From positions 224,001 through 288,000 of the forward strand of contig CAWKKR010000007.1 in NCBI GenBank assembly GCA_963850305.1: a stretch of 64,000 nt of DNA, written 5' to 3'. Made by a program: the position numbers and the translations under genes. This DNA comes from an uncultured delta proteobacterium. GTDB lineage: Bacteria > Myxococcota_A > Polyangia > Polyangiales > Polyangiaceae. Within the stretch, counting starts at the first letter, position 1. Every line of letters begins with the position of its first letter. The notes under the pieces are model-generated. The model ran no database searches, was not told the DNA's origin, and worked only from the letters and a program-made list of their open reading frames with translations. Below, piece by piece: positions 32,591-42,780 of the stretch.

Positions 32591-34168
32591 ATGAAGGGGT
32601 TCGAGCCAATCGCAACTGACGCGCCCGCGAAGCCGGACGCCATGATCGGTCGCGTTCTCGCGGACCGCTACGAGATCCGCTCGCTCATCGGCGAGGGGGG
32701 TATGGGCCGCGTTTACGAAGGGCGGCAGCGCGCGCTCGACCGACCCGTCGCGATCAAGTGCATTCACCCGTATCTCCTGGCAAACGAACCGATGCTGGTC
32801 CGTTTCATGGAGGAAGCGCGCGTCGCGAGTCAGCTCGTTCACCCGAACATCGTGAAAATCTACGACTTCGCACGAACGACACCGCCGGACGCGCCCGCGT
32901 TCTTTCTGGTCATGGAGCTTCTGTCCGGCCCCGATCTGGCGAGCATCCTGCGCCAGGGCGGTCCGATGCCCCTCGGGCGCATTCGTTCGATCCTCACGCA
33001 GGCGCTCTCGGCGCTCGGCGAGGCGCACGCTCGCGGTGTCACGCACCGCGACGCCAAGCCCGACAACGTGATCCTGGAGCAGACGGAGGGACGCGCGGAG
33101 CGAGTCAAGATCATCGATTTCGGCATCGCGAAGGTGCACGGTGCGCGCGGGGTCACGAGTGTCGGTCAATTCGTCGGAACGCCCCAGTACATGCCGCCCG
33201 AGCAGATCCGGGGCGAAGCGGTCGAAGTGAGCGCAGATCTGTACGCCGTCGGCGTCACTCTCTTTCAGATGCTCACCGGGCGATTGCTCTTCGACGCCGA
33301 CACCGTGACGGCGGTGCTCGAGCAGCAGCTCTACGCGCGCCGCCCCGATCCGCGAGAAATCACGCCCCGGGACGACTGCTCGGACGAGCTTGCAGGCGTT
33401 TGCCTGCGTGCACTCGATCTGGACGTCCGGAATCGATTTCCGAGTGCGGACTCCTTCGCGGAGGCGCTGGACGACGCGATCGCAGCCATCGAACCTGGGG
33501 CGGAGACACGACGCAGCCCATACCCATTGCTGGCGTCGGAGCGTGCCGCGTTCGCCGAATCTCGCCGCTCGACACAGCCGAGCAGCGTACCTCCGCGCTC
33601 GGGCGCGCGGCCAATCGATTTCGCGACTGCGGAGCGCATCGAACGTGCTGCAGACGCAGAGCTCGCTCACGGGCGGCTCGCGAACGCGGAAGTCGAGCTC
33701 CGTCGCGGACTCGAGCTCGGCAATCGTTGGCTGGACGCAGCCGAGCCGGAGCTCGGCCAGGCCGCGCTGATGGTCTTCGGCAGGAGGCTCGGTGCGCTGC
33801 TTCGCGACGCCGGGCGGCTCGAGGAGTCGGAGCGAATGCTCCGGTCGTCGCTCGCGCAATCGGAGGCGGAAGAGCTCGGGCGAGGCCGCATCCTCGCCGA
33901 GCTCGTGGCCACGCTCGTCGAGCGAGGCTCCATCGCCGCCGCGGAGGCGTTTCGTATCGAAGCGCTCCGCATCGCCAACGCGCACGGGGATCGCGAGCTT
34001 CTCGCGCGGCTCCGCCGGCTGGCTCAGTCGCTCGCGCTCTCTCTCGTCACGCGGGGTGCCGTGGCACCGTCCGAGGGCAGCGGCACTCCGCCTCCACGCC
34101 GGTCCGAGTGGCGGTTCAAGCCGGACATCGAGCCTCCAGAGGACCTCCGGGCGCGCCGCCGGAGATAA
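32591..34168 (+). CDS. Ser/Thr protein kinase with helical (TPR-like) C-terminus
   Basis: GEGGMG, VAIK, HRDAKPDN, DFG, YMPPE; no TM segment. Confidence 0.92.
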   Translation: MKGFEPIATDAPAKPDAMIGRVLADRYEIRSLIGEGGMGRVYEGRQRALDRPVAIKCIHPYLLANEPMLVRFMEEARVASQLVHPNIVKIYDFARTTPPDAPAFFLVMELLSGPDLASILRQGGPMPLGRIRSILTQALSALGEAHARGVTHRDAKPDNVILEQTEGRAERVKIIDFGIAKVHGARGVTSVGQFVGTPQYMPPEQIRGEAVEVSADLYAVGVTLFQMLTGRLLFDADTVTAVLEQQLYARRPDPREITPRDDCSDELAGVCLRALDLDVRNRFPSADSFAEALDDAIAAIEPGAETRRSPYPLLASERAAFAESRRSTQPSSVPPRSGARPIDFATAERIERAADAELAHGRLANAEVELRRGLELGNRWLDAAEPELGQAALMVFGRRLGALLRDAGRLEESERMLRSSLAQSEAEELGRGRILAELVATLVERGSIAAAEAFRIEALRIANAHGDRELLARLRRLAQSLALSLVTRGAVAPSEGSGTPPPRRSEWRFKPDIEPPEDLRARRRR

Positions 34169-34176
34169 TCGCGGCG

Positions 34177-34194
34177 CCGTCACCGAACCGTCAC
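34177..34194 (+). promoter_or_regulatory. Pho box upstream of phoBR
   Basis: CCGTCAC-CGAA-CCGTCAC, perfect 7-mer direct repeat at 11 bp. Confidence 0.8.
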
Positions 34195-34215
34195 AGGAAG
34201 CGGTTACTGGGCCTC

Positions 34216-34920
34216 ATGGCACGTATCTTGGTGGTCGAAGACGAGCAGGATCTACAAAAGGTGCTCGAATACAACCTCAGGCAAGCGGGTCACGAGCCCG
34301 TGTCGACGATGAGGGGCAAGGACGTGCTCGACCTGGTTCGCGCCCGGCGTCCCGACGTGGTTCTCTTGGACCTCATGTTGCCCGATATCGCGGGAACCGA
34401 GGTTTGCCGCGCGCTGAAGGCGGACGCGGCCACACGTGGCATTCCGGTGGTGATGCTCACCGCGCGCGGTGAGGAGATCGATCGCGTGGTCGGCTTCGAG
34501 CTCGGGGCGGACGATTACGTCGTGAAGCCGTTCAGCGTGCGTGAGCTGCTCCTCCGCATCCAGGCCGTTCTCCGGCGTGGCGTTCAGGAGCCCGTGGAAG
34601 AGGTGGAGGGCAGAGTGCAATTCGGCTGCCTCACCTTCGATCGCGCCGCGCACCGCGCGTGGGTGGAGCGCGAGGAGGTGGAGCTCACCGCGCTCGAGTT
34701 CAAGCTGCTGGTGACGCTCTACGATCGGAGAGATCGCGTGCAGAGCCGCGCCACGCTGCTCGACGACGTCTGGGGTATCACGGCGGATATCACGACCCGC
34801 ACGGTGGATACGCACGTCAAACGTCTCCGCGAGAAGCTCGACGGGGCTCGCGACTACATCGAAACCGTCCGGGGGGTTGGGTATCGATTCGTGGCGGCCC
34901 CTGCCGAGGCCATCGCTTGA
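34216..34920 (+). CDS. phoB: OmpR/PhoB-family response regulator
   Basis: VVEDE, LLDLMLP, MLTA, KPF; wHTH RTVDTHVKRLR, ETVRGVGY; adjacent to pst. Confidence 0.9.
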   Translation: MARILVVEDEQDLQKVLEYNLRQAGHEPVSTMRGKDVLDLVRARRPDVVLLDLMLPDIAGTEVCRALKADAATRGIPVVMLTARGEEIDRVVGFELGADDYVVKPFSVRELLLRIQAVLRRGVQEPVEEVEGRVQFGCLTFDRAAHRAWVEREEVELTALEFKLLVTLYDRRDRVQSRATLLDDVWGITADITTRTVDTHVKRLREKLDGARDYIETVRGVGYRFVAAPAEAIA

Positions 34921-36350
34921 AGCTTGGGATTCAAGGCAAGCTCGTTCTGATTTCTCTGGGGGTGCTGGTCCCGGCTTTCGCGCTCGCGTACGCGTATCTG
35001 CGTCACCAGATCGAGGTCGGGCTCGGATTGCCCGCTGCGGACGTTTCAGCCGCGGTGGAGCGGCTCGACCGGATGGCGAGCCTCGCGGGACTCGTTGCAT
35101 TCTCGGTTGCGCTCGTGATGTCCACCATCGCGGCCAACCTGGCGTCGCGAACGGCGCGGCAGCTCGCGGTAGCCGCCCGAAAGATGGCGGAGGGCGATCT
35201 CGCGACGCGCGCCGGTCCGCACGGCGAAGACGAGTTCGGGGAGCTCGGCACGGCGCTCGATCAGCTCGCGCGCGGCTATTCGACGCTGGTCGCCGATCAC
35301 CGTCGCGAGCGTGATCGCATGCGGGGCGTTCTTGCCGGCATGCGCGAGGGCGTCTTGCTTCTCGATCGAAGCCGCCGGGTCGCGCTCGTCAACCCGGCGC
35401 TTCGCGAGATGCTTCTCCTCGGCGCGGACGTGGAGGGCAAGTCGCCCCTCGAGATCATTCGTCATGGCGAGCTGGTCCGGCTCCTCGACGAGGCGAACGA
35501 GGAGGACTCCGCCTCGGGTGAGATGGACGTCGGCGGTCTGAAGCCGCGCCGCTTGCTGGTCCACGTCGTTCGGATCCCAGGTCAGGAGGGCGGGTTGCTC
35601 GCCGTGTTCGTCGACGTGACGCACCTGCGGCGGCTCGAGACGCTCAGGCGCGACTTCGTGGCCAATGCGTCCCACGAACTCCGCACTCCGATTGCCGCGA
35701 TCTCTTCAGCGGCCGAGACACTCGACGCTGCCGTTTCGCGCGACCCCGTCGCGGCGAAGGATTTCGTGCAGATGATCTTGCGCAACGCGGAGCGGCTGAG
35801 AAACCTCGTCGACGATCTCCTGGACCTCTCGCGTATCGAATCGCAAGATTTCGCCGTCCGGCTCGAAGAGGTCGACGCGGGCGAGGTTTCCAAGGTCGTC
35901 GTGGATCTGTTCCGGGAGCGGGCTTCGAAGAAGGACATTCGCTTCGCGTCGGAGTTCGCGAAGGACTCCCGGGCTCTCGCCGATCGTCGCGGGCTCGAGC
36001 ACGTCCTCACGAATCTCGTCGACAACGCGGTCAAGTATTGCGTCCCAGGCAGTACGATCACCGTCCGCACCCATGCCGACGGGGCGAGTCTCCGTGTGGA
36101 AGTGGACGACGACGGCCCCGGAATCGAAAAGCAGCATTTGCCGCGTCTCTTCGAGCGGTTCTATCGCGTCGATCCAGGGCGCTCCCGGCAGCTCGGCGGG
36201 ACCGGGCTCGGCCTGTCGATCGTCAAGCATCTCGTGGACGCCATGCGTGGCTCCATCAGCGTCGACAGCGAGCCCGGCAAGGGAACATGCTTCACGGTTC
36301 GCCTCAAGTCCGCGGCCGGAGCCGTAGAGGAGAGCCCGAACGCCGCGTAG
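34917..36350 (+). CDS. phoR: Sensor histidine kinase (2 TM-HAMP-PAS-HisKA-HATPase)
   Basis: DFVANASHELRTP, NLVDNAVKY, FERFYRVD, GGTGLGL; TTGA overlap with phoB. Confidence 0.9.
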   Translation: MKLGIQGKLVLISLGVLVPAFALAYAYLRHQIEVGLGLPAADVSAAVERLDRMASLAGLVAFSVALVMSTIAANLASRTARQLAVAARKMAEGDLATRAGPHGEDEFGELGTALDQLARGYSTLVADHRRERDRMRGVLAGMREGVLLLDRSRRVALVNPALREMLLLGADVEGKSPLEIIRHGELVRLLDEANEEDSASGEMDVGGLKPRRLLVHVVRIPGQEGGLLAVFVDVTHLRRLETLRRDFVANASHELRTPIAAISSAAETLDAAVSRDPVAAKDFVQMILRNAERLRNLVDDLLDLSRIESQDFAVRLEEVDAGEVSKVVVDLFRERASKKDIRFASEFAKDSRALADRRGLEHVLTNLVDNAVKYCVPGSTITVRTHADGASLRVEVDDDGPGIEKQHLPRLFERFYRVDPGRSRQLGGTGLGLSIVKHLVDAMRGSISVDSEPGKGTCFTVRLKSAAGAVEESPNAA

Positions 36351-36378
36351 AGACGACGGATTTAACCGGGATTTCGGT

Positions 36379-36396
36379 CTGTCACACAACCGTCAC
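36379..36396 (+). promoter_or_regulatory. Pho box upstream of pstS
   Basis: CTGTCAC-ACAA-CCGTCAC; weaker in-phase copies at 36403 and 36414. Confidence 0.85.
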
Positions 36397-36457
36397 GCAT
36401 GTGTTGCCGCCACGACGCGCAGCGCCGCGGCAAGCTTTGTTAGACACCCCCTGCAAG

Positions 36458-37555
36458 ATGAAATCCAATCTTCTTCTGCTGTGGTTGGCTGCCGTCGGCG
36501 CGCTTTTTGCCGGAGGCTGCAAGGGCGGGGAAGGTCAACCGGACAAGTCTGGCGCGCCATCCAGCGAACCCGCCAAGGCGGGGCCGGTCAGCTTGAACGG
36601 CGCCGGCGCCACGTTCCCTTACCCGCTCTATTCGAAGTGGATGAGCGAGTACAACCGCGTCCACCCCGACATTCAGATCAACTATCAGTCGATCGGATCG
36701 GGGGGCGGTATCCGTCAGATTCAGGCCAAGACCGTGGACTTTGGCGCCTCGGACGCGCCGATGACGGCGGAAGAAGAGGCGAAGTCCAAGGGCAAGCTGC
36801 TTCACATTCCGACGACGCTCGGCGCCGTGGTGGTCGCGTACAACCTGCCCGGCGTCACGAGCCTCAAGCTGGACGCCTCGGCACTGGCCGGAATCTACCT
36901 CGGCACGATCACCAAGTGGGATGACCCGAAGCTCACGGCAGCGAACGCGGGAACGAAGCTGCCGGCGACGCCGATCGTCGTTGCTTATCGCAGCGACGGC
37001 AGCGGCACGACGGACGTGTTCACCGATTATCTCGCGAAGGTGAGCCCCGAGTGGAAGGACAAGGTTGGGGTCGGCAAGAGCGTCAAGTGGCCGGTCGGGC
37101 TCGGCGCCAAGGGCAACGAAGGCGTCACTGGCCAGGTCAAGACGAGTCCGGGCGGCATCGGCTACGTGGAGCTGGCGTACGCGATGGAGAACAAGCTGCC
37201 GATGGCCGCCATGAAGAACGCCAGCGGCAAGTTCGTCACGCCCGACATCGCGGCCATCACTGCTGCGGCGGCCGGCGTCGAGATGCCTGACTCGCTGCAC
37301 GTGTCGATCACCAACGCGGCGGGCGACGTGGCGTATCCGATCTCCTCTTTCACCTATATCCTCGTCTACGAGGACGCTCCCGATGCGGTGAAGGGCAAGG
37401 TGCTCGCGAATTTTCTGTGGTGGGCCATCCACGACGGACAGAAGTTCTCCGCGCCGCTGTACTACGCCCCCCTACCTGCCGCGGTCGTCGCCAAGGTCGA
37501 AGCTCGGCTCAAGACGCTCCAGTCGGGGGGCAAGGTGTTGCTCTCCGGGCCATGA
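36458..37555 (+). CDS. pstS: Phosphate ABC transporter binding lipoprotein
   Basis: GAGATFP, YQSIGSGGG, DFGASD, RSDGSGTT. Confidence 0.97.
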   Translation: MKSNLLLLWLAAVGALFAGGCKGGEGQPDKSGAPSSEPAKAGPVSLNGAGATFPYPLYSKWMSEYNRVHPDIQINYQSIGSGGGIRQIQAKTVDFGASDAPMTAEEEAKSKGKLLHIPTTLGAVVVAYNLPGVTSLKLDASALAGIYLGTITKWDDPKLTAANAGTKLPATPIVVAYRSDGSGTTDVFTDYLAKVSPEWKDKVGVGKSVKWPVGLGAKGNEGVTGQVKTSPGGIGYVELAYAMENKLPMAAMKNASGKFVTPDIAAITAAAAGVEMPDSLHVSITNAAGDVAYPISSFTYILVYEDAPDAVKGKVLANFLWWAIHDGQKFSAPLYYAPLPAAVVAKVEARLKTLQSGGKVLLSGP

Positions 37556-37561
37556 GACGCG

Positions 37562-38545
37562 ATGCCCCGTAGCAGCTCCGAACTCTCGCTCATACGCGCG
37601 CAGCCGCGCATCTTGAGGCGCCTTGGCCGGGAAGCGAACCCGGGCGACTTTGCCTTCCGTGTCGCGACGACGCTGTTCGCGGGGGTCGTGCTGCTCGTCC
37701 TGCTCGTCATGGCGGTGCAGATGGCGCGCGCGTCGTCACTCAGCTTGAAGACGTTCGGGCTCGGCTTCATCGTGAGCACGGACTGGGATCCCGTGCGTGA
37801 CATATACGGCGCCCTGCCATTCATCTTCGGCACCGTCGTTTCGTCGTTTCTCGCGCTCTCGATCGCGGTGCCAGTCGCACTCGGCGTCGCGCTGTTCTTG
37901 ACGGAGCTCTCGCCCGTCTGGCTTCGCCAGCCGCTCGCGTTCCTCGTCGAGCTACTCGCCGCCGTTCCGAGCGTCGTTTACGGCCTCTGGGGCATCTTCG
38001 CCCTTGCCCCGCTGCTGCGCGACCACGCCGAGCCCGTGCTCGCCAGGCTGTTCGGATTCTTGCCGTTTTTCCGGGGCCCCCACGAAGGCTACGGCATGCT
38101 CGCGGCCGCGATCATTCTCGCGATCATGATCCTGCCGACGATCGCGTCCGTGAGTCGCGAAGTGCTTCGAGCCGTGCCCGACTCGTTTCGGGAGGGTGCG
38201 CTTGCGCTTGGCGCGACCAAGTGGGAATCGCTCCGCGACGTGGTGTTGCCCGTCGCGCGCTCGGGCCTCGTCGGCGCGATCATCCTCGGTCTCGGCCGCG
38301 CTCTCGGCGAGACCATGGCCGTCACGATGATCATCGGTAACCGGACGGAGATCAGCGCATCCCTCTTCGCCCCCTCGTACACGATGGCCAGCGTCATCGC
38401 GAACGAGTTCACGGAGGCGACCGGCGATCTCTACCTCTCGGCCCTGGCCGAGATCGGCCTGCTCTTGTTCGTGGTCACTCTCCTGCTGAATATCGTCGCC
38501 CGGCTTCTGATCTGGCGCGTGGCGACGCCGACGGGGGCCAGATGA
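37562..38545 (+). CDS. pstC: Phosphate ABC transporter permease
   Basis: ELLAAVPSVVYG, EGALALGAT, GRALGETMAV. Confidence 0.96.
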   Translation: MPRSSSELSLIRAQPRILRRLGREANPGDFAFRVATTLFAGVVLLVLLVMAVQMARASSLSLKTFGLGFIVSTDWDPVRDIYGALPFIFGTVVSSFLALSIAVPVALGVALFLTELSPVWLRQPLAFLVELLAAVPSVVYGLWGIFALAPLLRDHAEPVLARLFGFLPFFRGPHEGYGMLAAAIILAIMILPTIASVSREVLRAVPDSFREGALALGATKWESLRDVVLPVARSGLVGAIILGLGRALGETMAVTMIIGNRTEISASLFAPSYTMASVIANEFTEATGDLYLSALAEIGLLLFVVTLLLNIVARLLIWRVATPTGAR

Positions 38546-39399
38546 ACTCCGAGCGATCGAGCAAGTACGCTCGGCGGCGTTTCACGAACGTCGGTTTCCG
38601 CGTGGCCTGCGGCGCGGCCGTCGCGCTCGCGCTGTTACCGCTCGTGAGCGTGCTCTACTTCACCGCGTCGCGGGGCCTCGGCGGGATCAACCTGGCCTTC
38701 TTCACGGCGCTGCCCAAGCCCGTGGGTGAAACGGGCGGCGGGATGGGCAACGCGATCGACGGCACGGTGAAGCTCGTCGGGATGGCGTGTCTATTCGGCA
38801 TGCCCATCGGGGTGCTTGCCGGCGTGTATCTGGCCGAGTTCCGGTCGAGCCGGTTCGCCACTGCCGTCCGCTTTTCGGCGGACGTCATGGCCGGCATCCC
38901 CTCGATCACGACCGGGATGGTCGTCTACAGCATCGTCGTCCTGTCGATGGGCCGCTTCAGCGCGATCGCGGGCGGCATCGCGCTCGCCCTCATCATGCTC
39001 CCGACCATCACGCGCACGACAGAGGAGCTGTTACTCCTCGTACCGGGGACGCTCCGCGAAGCCGCCCTCGGGCTTGGCGTCTCGAAGTGGCGGGCAACGC
39101 TGCGCGTCATCCTGCGTACGGCAGCGCCCGGCATCGTCACCGGGGTCATGCTGGCGGTCGCCAGAGTCGCTGGTGAAACGGCCCCCCTCCTGTTCACCGC
39201 CTTCAACAATCGGTTCTGGTCCCACGGGTTGGACCAACCCGTCGCCTCGCTCCCGGTCCAGATCTACACGTACGCGGTCTCGCCGTTCGAGGATTGGCAC
39301 CGGCAGGCATGGGCGGCAGCGCTGGTTCTCGTGACCTTGATCCTGCTCTTGAACGTGACGGCGAAGTTGCTCGTTCGACCTCGAGTAAAGGCAAGATGA
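38542..39399 (+). CDS. pstA: Phosphate ABC transporter permease
   Basis: [25 protein letters not shown]. Confidence 0.96.
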   Translation: MNSERSSKYARRRFTNVGFRVACGAAVALALLPLVSVLYFTASRGLGGINLAFFTALPKPVGETGGGMGNAIDGTVKLVGMACLFGMPIGVLAGVYLAEFRSSRFATAVRFSADVMAGIPSITTGMVVYSIVVLSMGRFSAIAGGIALALIMLPTITRTTEELLLLVPGTLREAALGLGVSKWRATLRVILRTAAPGIVTGVMLAVARVAGETAPLLFTAFNNRFWSHGLDQPVASLPVQIYTYAVSPFEDWHRQAWAAALVLVTLILLLNVTAKLLVRPRVKAR

Positions 39400-40277
39400 C
39401 CGCGGAAGCTGGAGCCCACATGACCGATTCGCTCCTCGGGGATGGCGCCGCGGACGGGCCGCAGACGCGCATTTCGGCGCTCGCGAGCGGTCAGGAGTCG
39501 ACGAACGCGGCATCGACGGAAGGTGAATTCAAGATCCGCGTCGAAGGCCTGCGCGCCTTCTTCGGCGGCGCTGAGGTCATCAAGGGCGTCACCCTGCCGA
39601 TCCGGCGAAACAAGGTCACGGCCATCATCGGGCCGTCGGGCTGTGGCAAATCGACCTTCGTTCGCTGCCTGAACCGCATGCACGAAGTGACGCCCGGCGC
39701 CCGGGCCGACGGACGAGTGCTGCTGGACGGCCTCGACATCTACCGGGATGACGTGGACGCGGTTCGAGTGCGTCGCCGCGTCGGCATGGTCTTTCAGAAG
39801 CCGAACCCGTTCCCGACCATGTCGATTCGAGACAACGTCCTTGCCGGTCTTCGATTGAACGGGCTCGGCGTGGAATCCCCCGACGCGCTGGTGGAGGACT
39901 CGCTTCGCCGTGTCGCCTTGTGGGAAGAGGTGCGCGAAGGGCTCGGAAGGTCCGGCACGAGCCTTTCCGGCGGTCAGCAGCAGCGGTTGTGCATCGCGCG
40001 GGCGATTGCGCTAGAGCCGGAGGTGCTCCTGATGGACGAGCCGTGCTCGGCACTCGACCCGATCGCGACGGCCCGCGTCGAGGAACTCATCCACGAACTC
40101 CGGAACGCCTACACGATCGTCATCGTGACGCACAACATGCAACAAGCCGCCCGAGTGGCAGACTATACGGCGTTCTTCTACATGGGAGAACTGGTGGAGT
40201 ATGATTTGACCGACGTCATCTTCACCAAGCCGAGAGAGAGACGGACGGAGGATTACATCACCGGCCGTTTCGGTTGA
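39396..40277 (+). CDS. pstB: Phosphate ABC transporter ATPase
   Basis: [36 protein letters not shown]. Confidence 0.97.
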   Translation: MTAEAGAHMTDSLLGDGAADGPQTRISALASGQESTNAASTEGEFKIRVEGLRAFFGGAEVIKGVTLPIRRNKVTAIIGPSGCGKSTFVRCLNRMHEVTPGARADGRVLLDGLDIYRDDVDAVRVRRRVGMVFQKPNPFPTMSIRDNVLAGLRLNGLGVESPDALVEDSLRRVALWEEVREGLGRSGTSLSGGQQQRLCIARAIALEPEVLLMDEPCSALDPIATARVEELIHELRNAYTIVIVTHNMQQAARVADYTAFFYMGELVEYDLTDVIFTKPRERRTEDYITGRFG

Positions 40278-40294
40278 GGGAGACCGAGTTGGTA

Positions 40295-40975
40295 ATGCGG
40301 CATACTGACAGAGAGTACGAGCACGAGCTCCAGGAGCTTCGTGACGCGGTTCTACTGATGGGAGCGCGCGTCGAGGAGATGACGAAGAGCGCGCTCGATT
40401 CGTTCGGTCGTCACGACATCGAGCTTGCTCGCGCGACCGTCGCGATGGATGTGGAGATCGACCGACTCGAGATGGACATCGACGAGCGGTGCGTGCGGGT
40501 GCTCGCGCGCCGTCAGCCGGTCGCGTCGGATCTCCGGTTCGTCACGACGACCCTCAAGATCGTCACCGACCTCGAGCGGATGGGCGATCTCGCCGTGAAC
40601 CTGTGCGAGCGCGTCATGGACCTCGACGCGGACACGCTGAAACCCGTCCGCCAATCACTCGTTCAGATGGGGCAGGTGGTCGCCGACATGCAGCACGAGG
40701 CGCTCGACGCCTTCATCCAGAACGACGCCGCCCGGGCCGAACGCGTCATCTTGCGCGACGCCGTCGTGGACGCGAACTATGCGCGCATCTTCCCCGAGCT
40801 CCTCGGCCATATGATGCAAGATCCGCAGAGCATGTCCACCGCGCAGCGGCTTCAATCGATCGCCAAGTACCTCGAGCGCATCGCCGATCACGCGACGAAC
40901 CTCGGCGAGATGGTCGTCTTCATGGTGCGCGGGGAAGACAAGCGACACGCCCAGAAGATGGGCCGAGCTCCGTGA
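40295..40975 (+). CDS. phoU: Phosphate signalling protein PhoU
   Basis: QPVASDLR, DLERMGD, YLERIADHATN. Confidence 0.95.
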   Translation: MRHTDREYEHELQELRDAVLLMGARVEEMTKSALDSFGRHDIELARATVAMDVEIDRLEMDIDERCVRVLARRQPVASDLRFVTTTLKIVTDLERMGDLAVNLCERVMDLDADTLKPVRQSLVQMGQVVADMQHEALDAFIQNDAARAERVILRDAVVDANYARIFPELLGHMMQDPQSMSTAQRLQSIAKYLERIADHATNLGEMVVFMVRGEDKRHAQKMGRAP

Positions 40976-40990
40976 GAGCTCGGTGCTCGG

Positions 40991-42697
40991 TCAGCCCGTG
41001 ACGACCTCCAGCGGTCGCATCATCTCGTTTGCCGCGTGCTCGAGGAGGTGGCAATGCCAGACGTAGGTTCCGGCGTAGCCGTCGAATCGAACGATGATCC
41101 GCGTGATCGTTCCGGGATCGGCGCGCACCGTGTCCTTCCAGCCCGCTTCGTTCGGTTCGGGGGGGAGCGCCGCTTCGAGTAGCCGGACCGAACCCGTACG
41201 CAGGTACTCGTCGGCGTCGAAGGGCTGGCGATCGAGGATCTGGAACCTGACCAGATGCAGGTGAATGGGATGCGTGTCCTCCGTCGAGTTCACGAGCTCC
41301 CAGATCTCGGTCGAACCGAGGACGGGCTTTTCCGTCGGTTGGTCCCTGAAGCGCTTCGCGTCGAGCAACATGAGCATCTGGTGCGTCTTCGGGTCCTGAT
41401 ACTCGTTCAACGTCAGCCGGCGCGTCTTCACGGCCGCCGAGTGCTGGAGGGGGACGACCTTCCGAAGCGAGGCGGGTAAGGCCACCTGTTTGGTTCGAGC
41501 GCTCGTCACTCGAAATTGCATCAGCTCGAAGGACTGACTCGAGAGAACCACCTTCGTTCCCTCCGCTCCCGCGAAGTCCACGACCAGATCGGCGCGCTCC
41601 GCGGGCGAGAGAGTGAAGCTCCGAAGCTCTGCCGGGCCCGACAGGAGGCCCTGGTCGCTCCCGACCTGATGGAAACTTCGACGATCGGAGAGCGACAGAT
41701 AGAAGAATCGAGAATTGGACGCGTTGAGGAGCCGGAATCGGTACTTCGTCGGTGCAACCTCGAGGTACGGAAGCAATTTGCCATTGACGAGGAATGTGTC
41801 GCCGTAGACCTCCGGAACCCAGGGTGTGTCCGGGTTGCCCGATGTCGGGTAGTGGAGACTGCCGTCCGCGTCGAAGAGCCGATCACAGAGGACGACCGGG
41901 ATCTCGAATTCGTCCTTCGGGAGAGTCAGCGCGTCCTCGACCTCGTCGCGGATCAGGTAGAACCCGAAGAGACCCGCGTAATGGTTGAGACGCGCGATCC
42001 CCATCGCGTGATCGTGATACCAGAGCGTCGCGGGGTCCTGGTGGTTCGGATAGAACGACGTTGCGCTCTTTCCCGGCACGTACCAGCGCTCCGGGTGGCC
42101 GTCGCTCTCCGGCGGCACACGCCCGCCGTGTACGTGGACCACCGTGCGCACGTCCGGACGATCGTGGCCGGCGCCACAGAGCGTGTAATCGATCGGTAAG
42201 AAATGCTTCGTTGGCAGCTCGTTGACCCACTCGACGAGCAAACCCCGACCCGACCGCGCTTCGAGGGTGGGCCCCGGAAGCGTGCCGTCGTAGGTCCAGA
42301 ACTTCGTCGGCGGAAGATCGCGATGCACCTGAAGCTCGGCCTGCTTCATCGAGATCCGGTGGTACGCGACCGAGAGTCGGGGATCTTCGGGCGAGGGACG
42401 CACGCCGTCCGGCTTTCGGATCGCAGGGATCGGGAGCGGCTCGACGAAGCGCGCCAGATGCTCCGGGTGAAGCGGGTTCCGGACCGGCCCGGGGAAGGTC
42501 CGCACCGCGGCCGGGTTCCGTGGAACGCCGCACGCGGCCGCGGGCCACGCGCTCGACGCAAGCCGTCCCGTCCCGCCCGAGTTCGAAGGTGCCGCGTGCG
42601 ACCCTGAACGCCGACACATGGGTAACACCAACGGACCCGCGAGCGCGGTCACCAGGCGGGTCCCGTTGGTGATGAATCGTCTTCGGCTGATCGTCAT
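40991..42697 (-). CDS. Tat-exported multicopper oxidase (CotA/bilirubin oxidase-like)
   Basis: SRRRFI twin-Arg; HVHG, WYHDH, HPIHLH, HCHLLEH..MM copper motifs. Confidence 0.93.
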   Translation of the reverse strand: MTISRRRFITNGTRLVTALAGPLVLPMCRRSGSHAAPSNSGGTGRLASSAWPAAACGVPRNPAAVRTFPGPVRNPLHPEHLARFVEPLPIPAIRKPDGVRPSPEDPRLSVAYHRISMKQAELQVHRDLPPTKFWTYDGTLPGPTLEARSGRGLLVEWVNELPTKHFLPIDYTLCGAGHDRPDVRTVVHVHGGRVPPESDGHPERWYVPGKSATSFYPNHQDPATLWYHDHAMGIARLNHYAGLFGFYLIRDEVEDALTLPKDEFEIPVVLCDRLFDADGSLHYPTSGNPDTPWVPEVYGDTFLVNGKLLPYLEVAPTKYRFRLLNASNSRFFYLSLSDRRSFHQVGSDQGLLSGPAELRSFTLSPAERADLVVDFAGAEGTKVVLSSQSFELMQFRVTSARTKQVALPASLRKVVPLQHSAAVKTRRLTLNEYQDPKTHQMLMLLDAKRFRDQPTEKPVLGSTEIWELVNSTEDTHPIHLHLVRFQILDRQPFDADEYLRTGSVRLLEAALPPEPNEAGWKDTVRADPGTITRIIVRFDGYAGTYVWHCHLLEHAANEMMRPLEVVTG

Positions 42698-42750
42698 GGA
42701 CGGAAAGCAAAACGCCCCCGCGACGCTAACACGCTCGCGGAGGCGTCTCC

Positions 42751-42776
42751 GGTCGCTCTCTGGCGGAGAGCCGACC
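42751..42776 (-). terminator. Stem-loop just after the phosphatase stop (terminator or mRNA stabiliser)
   Basis: GGTCGCTCTC-TGGCG-GAGAGC(C)GACC; no U tract. Confidence 0.35.
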
Positions 42777-42780
42777 CTCC

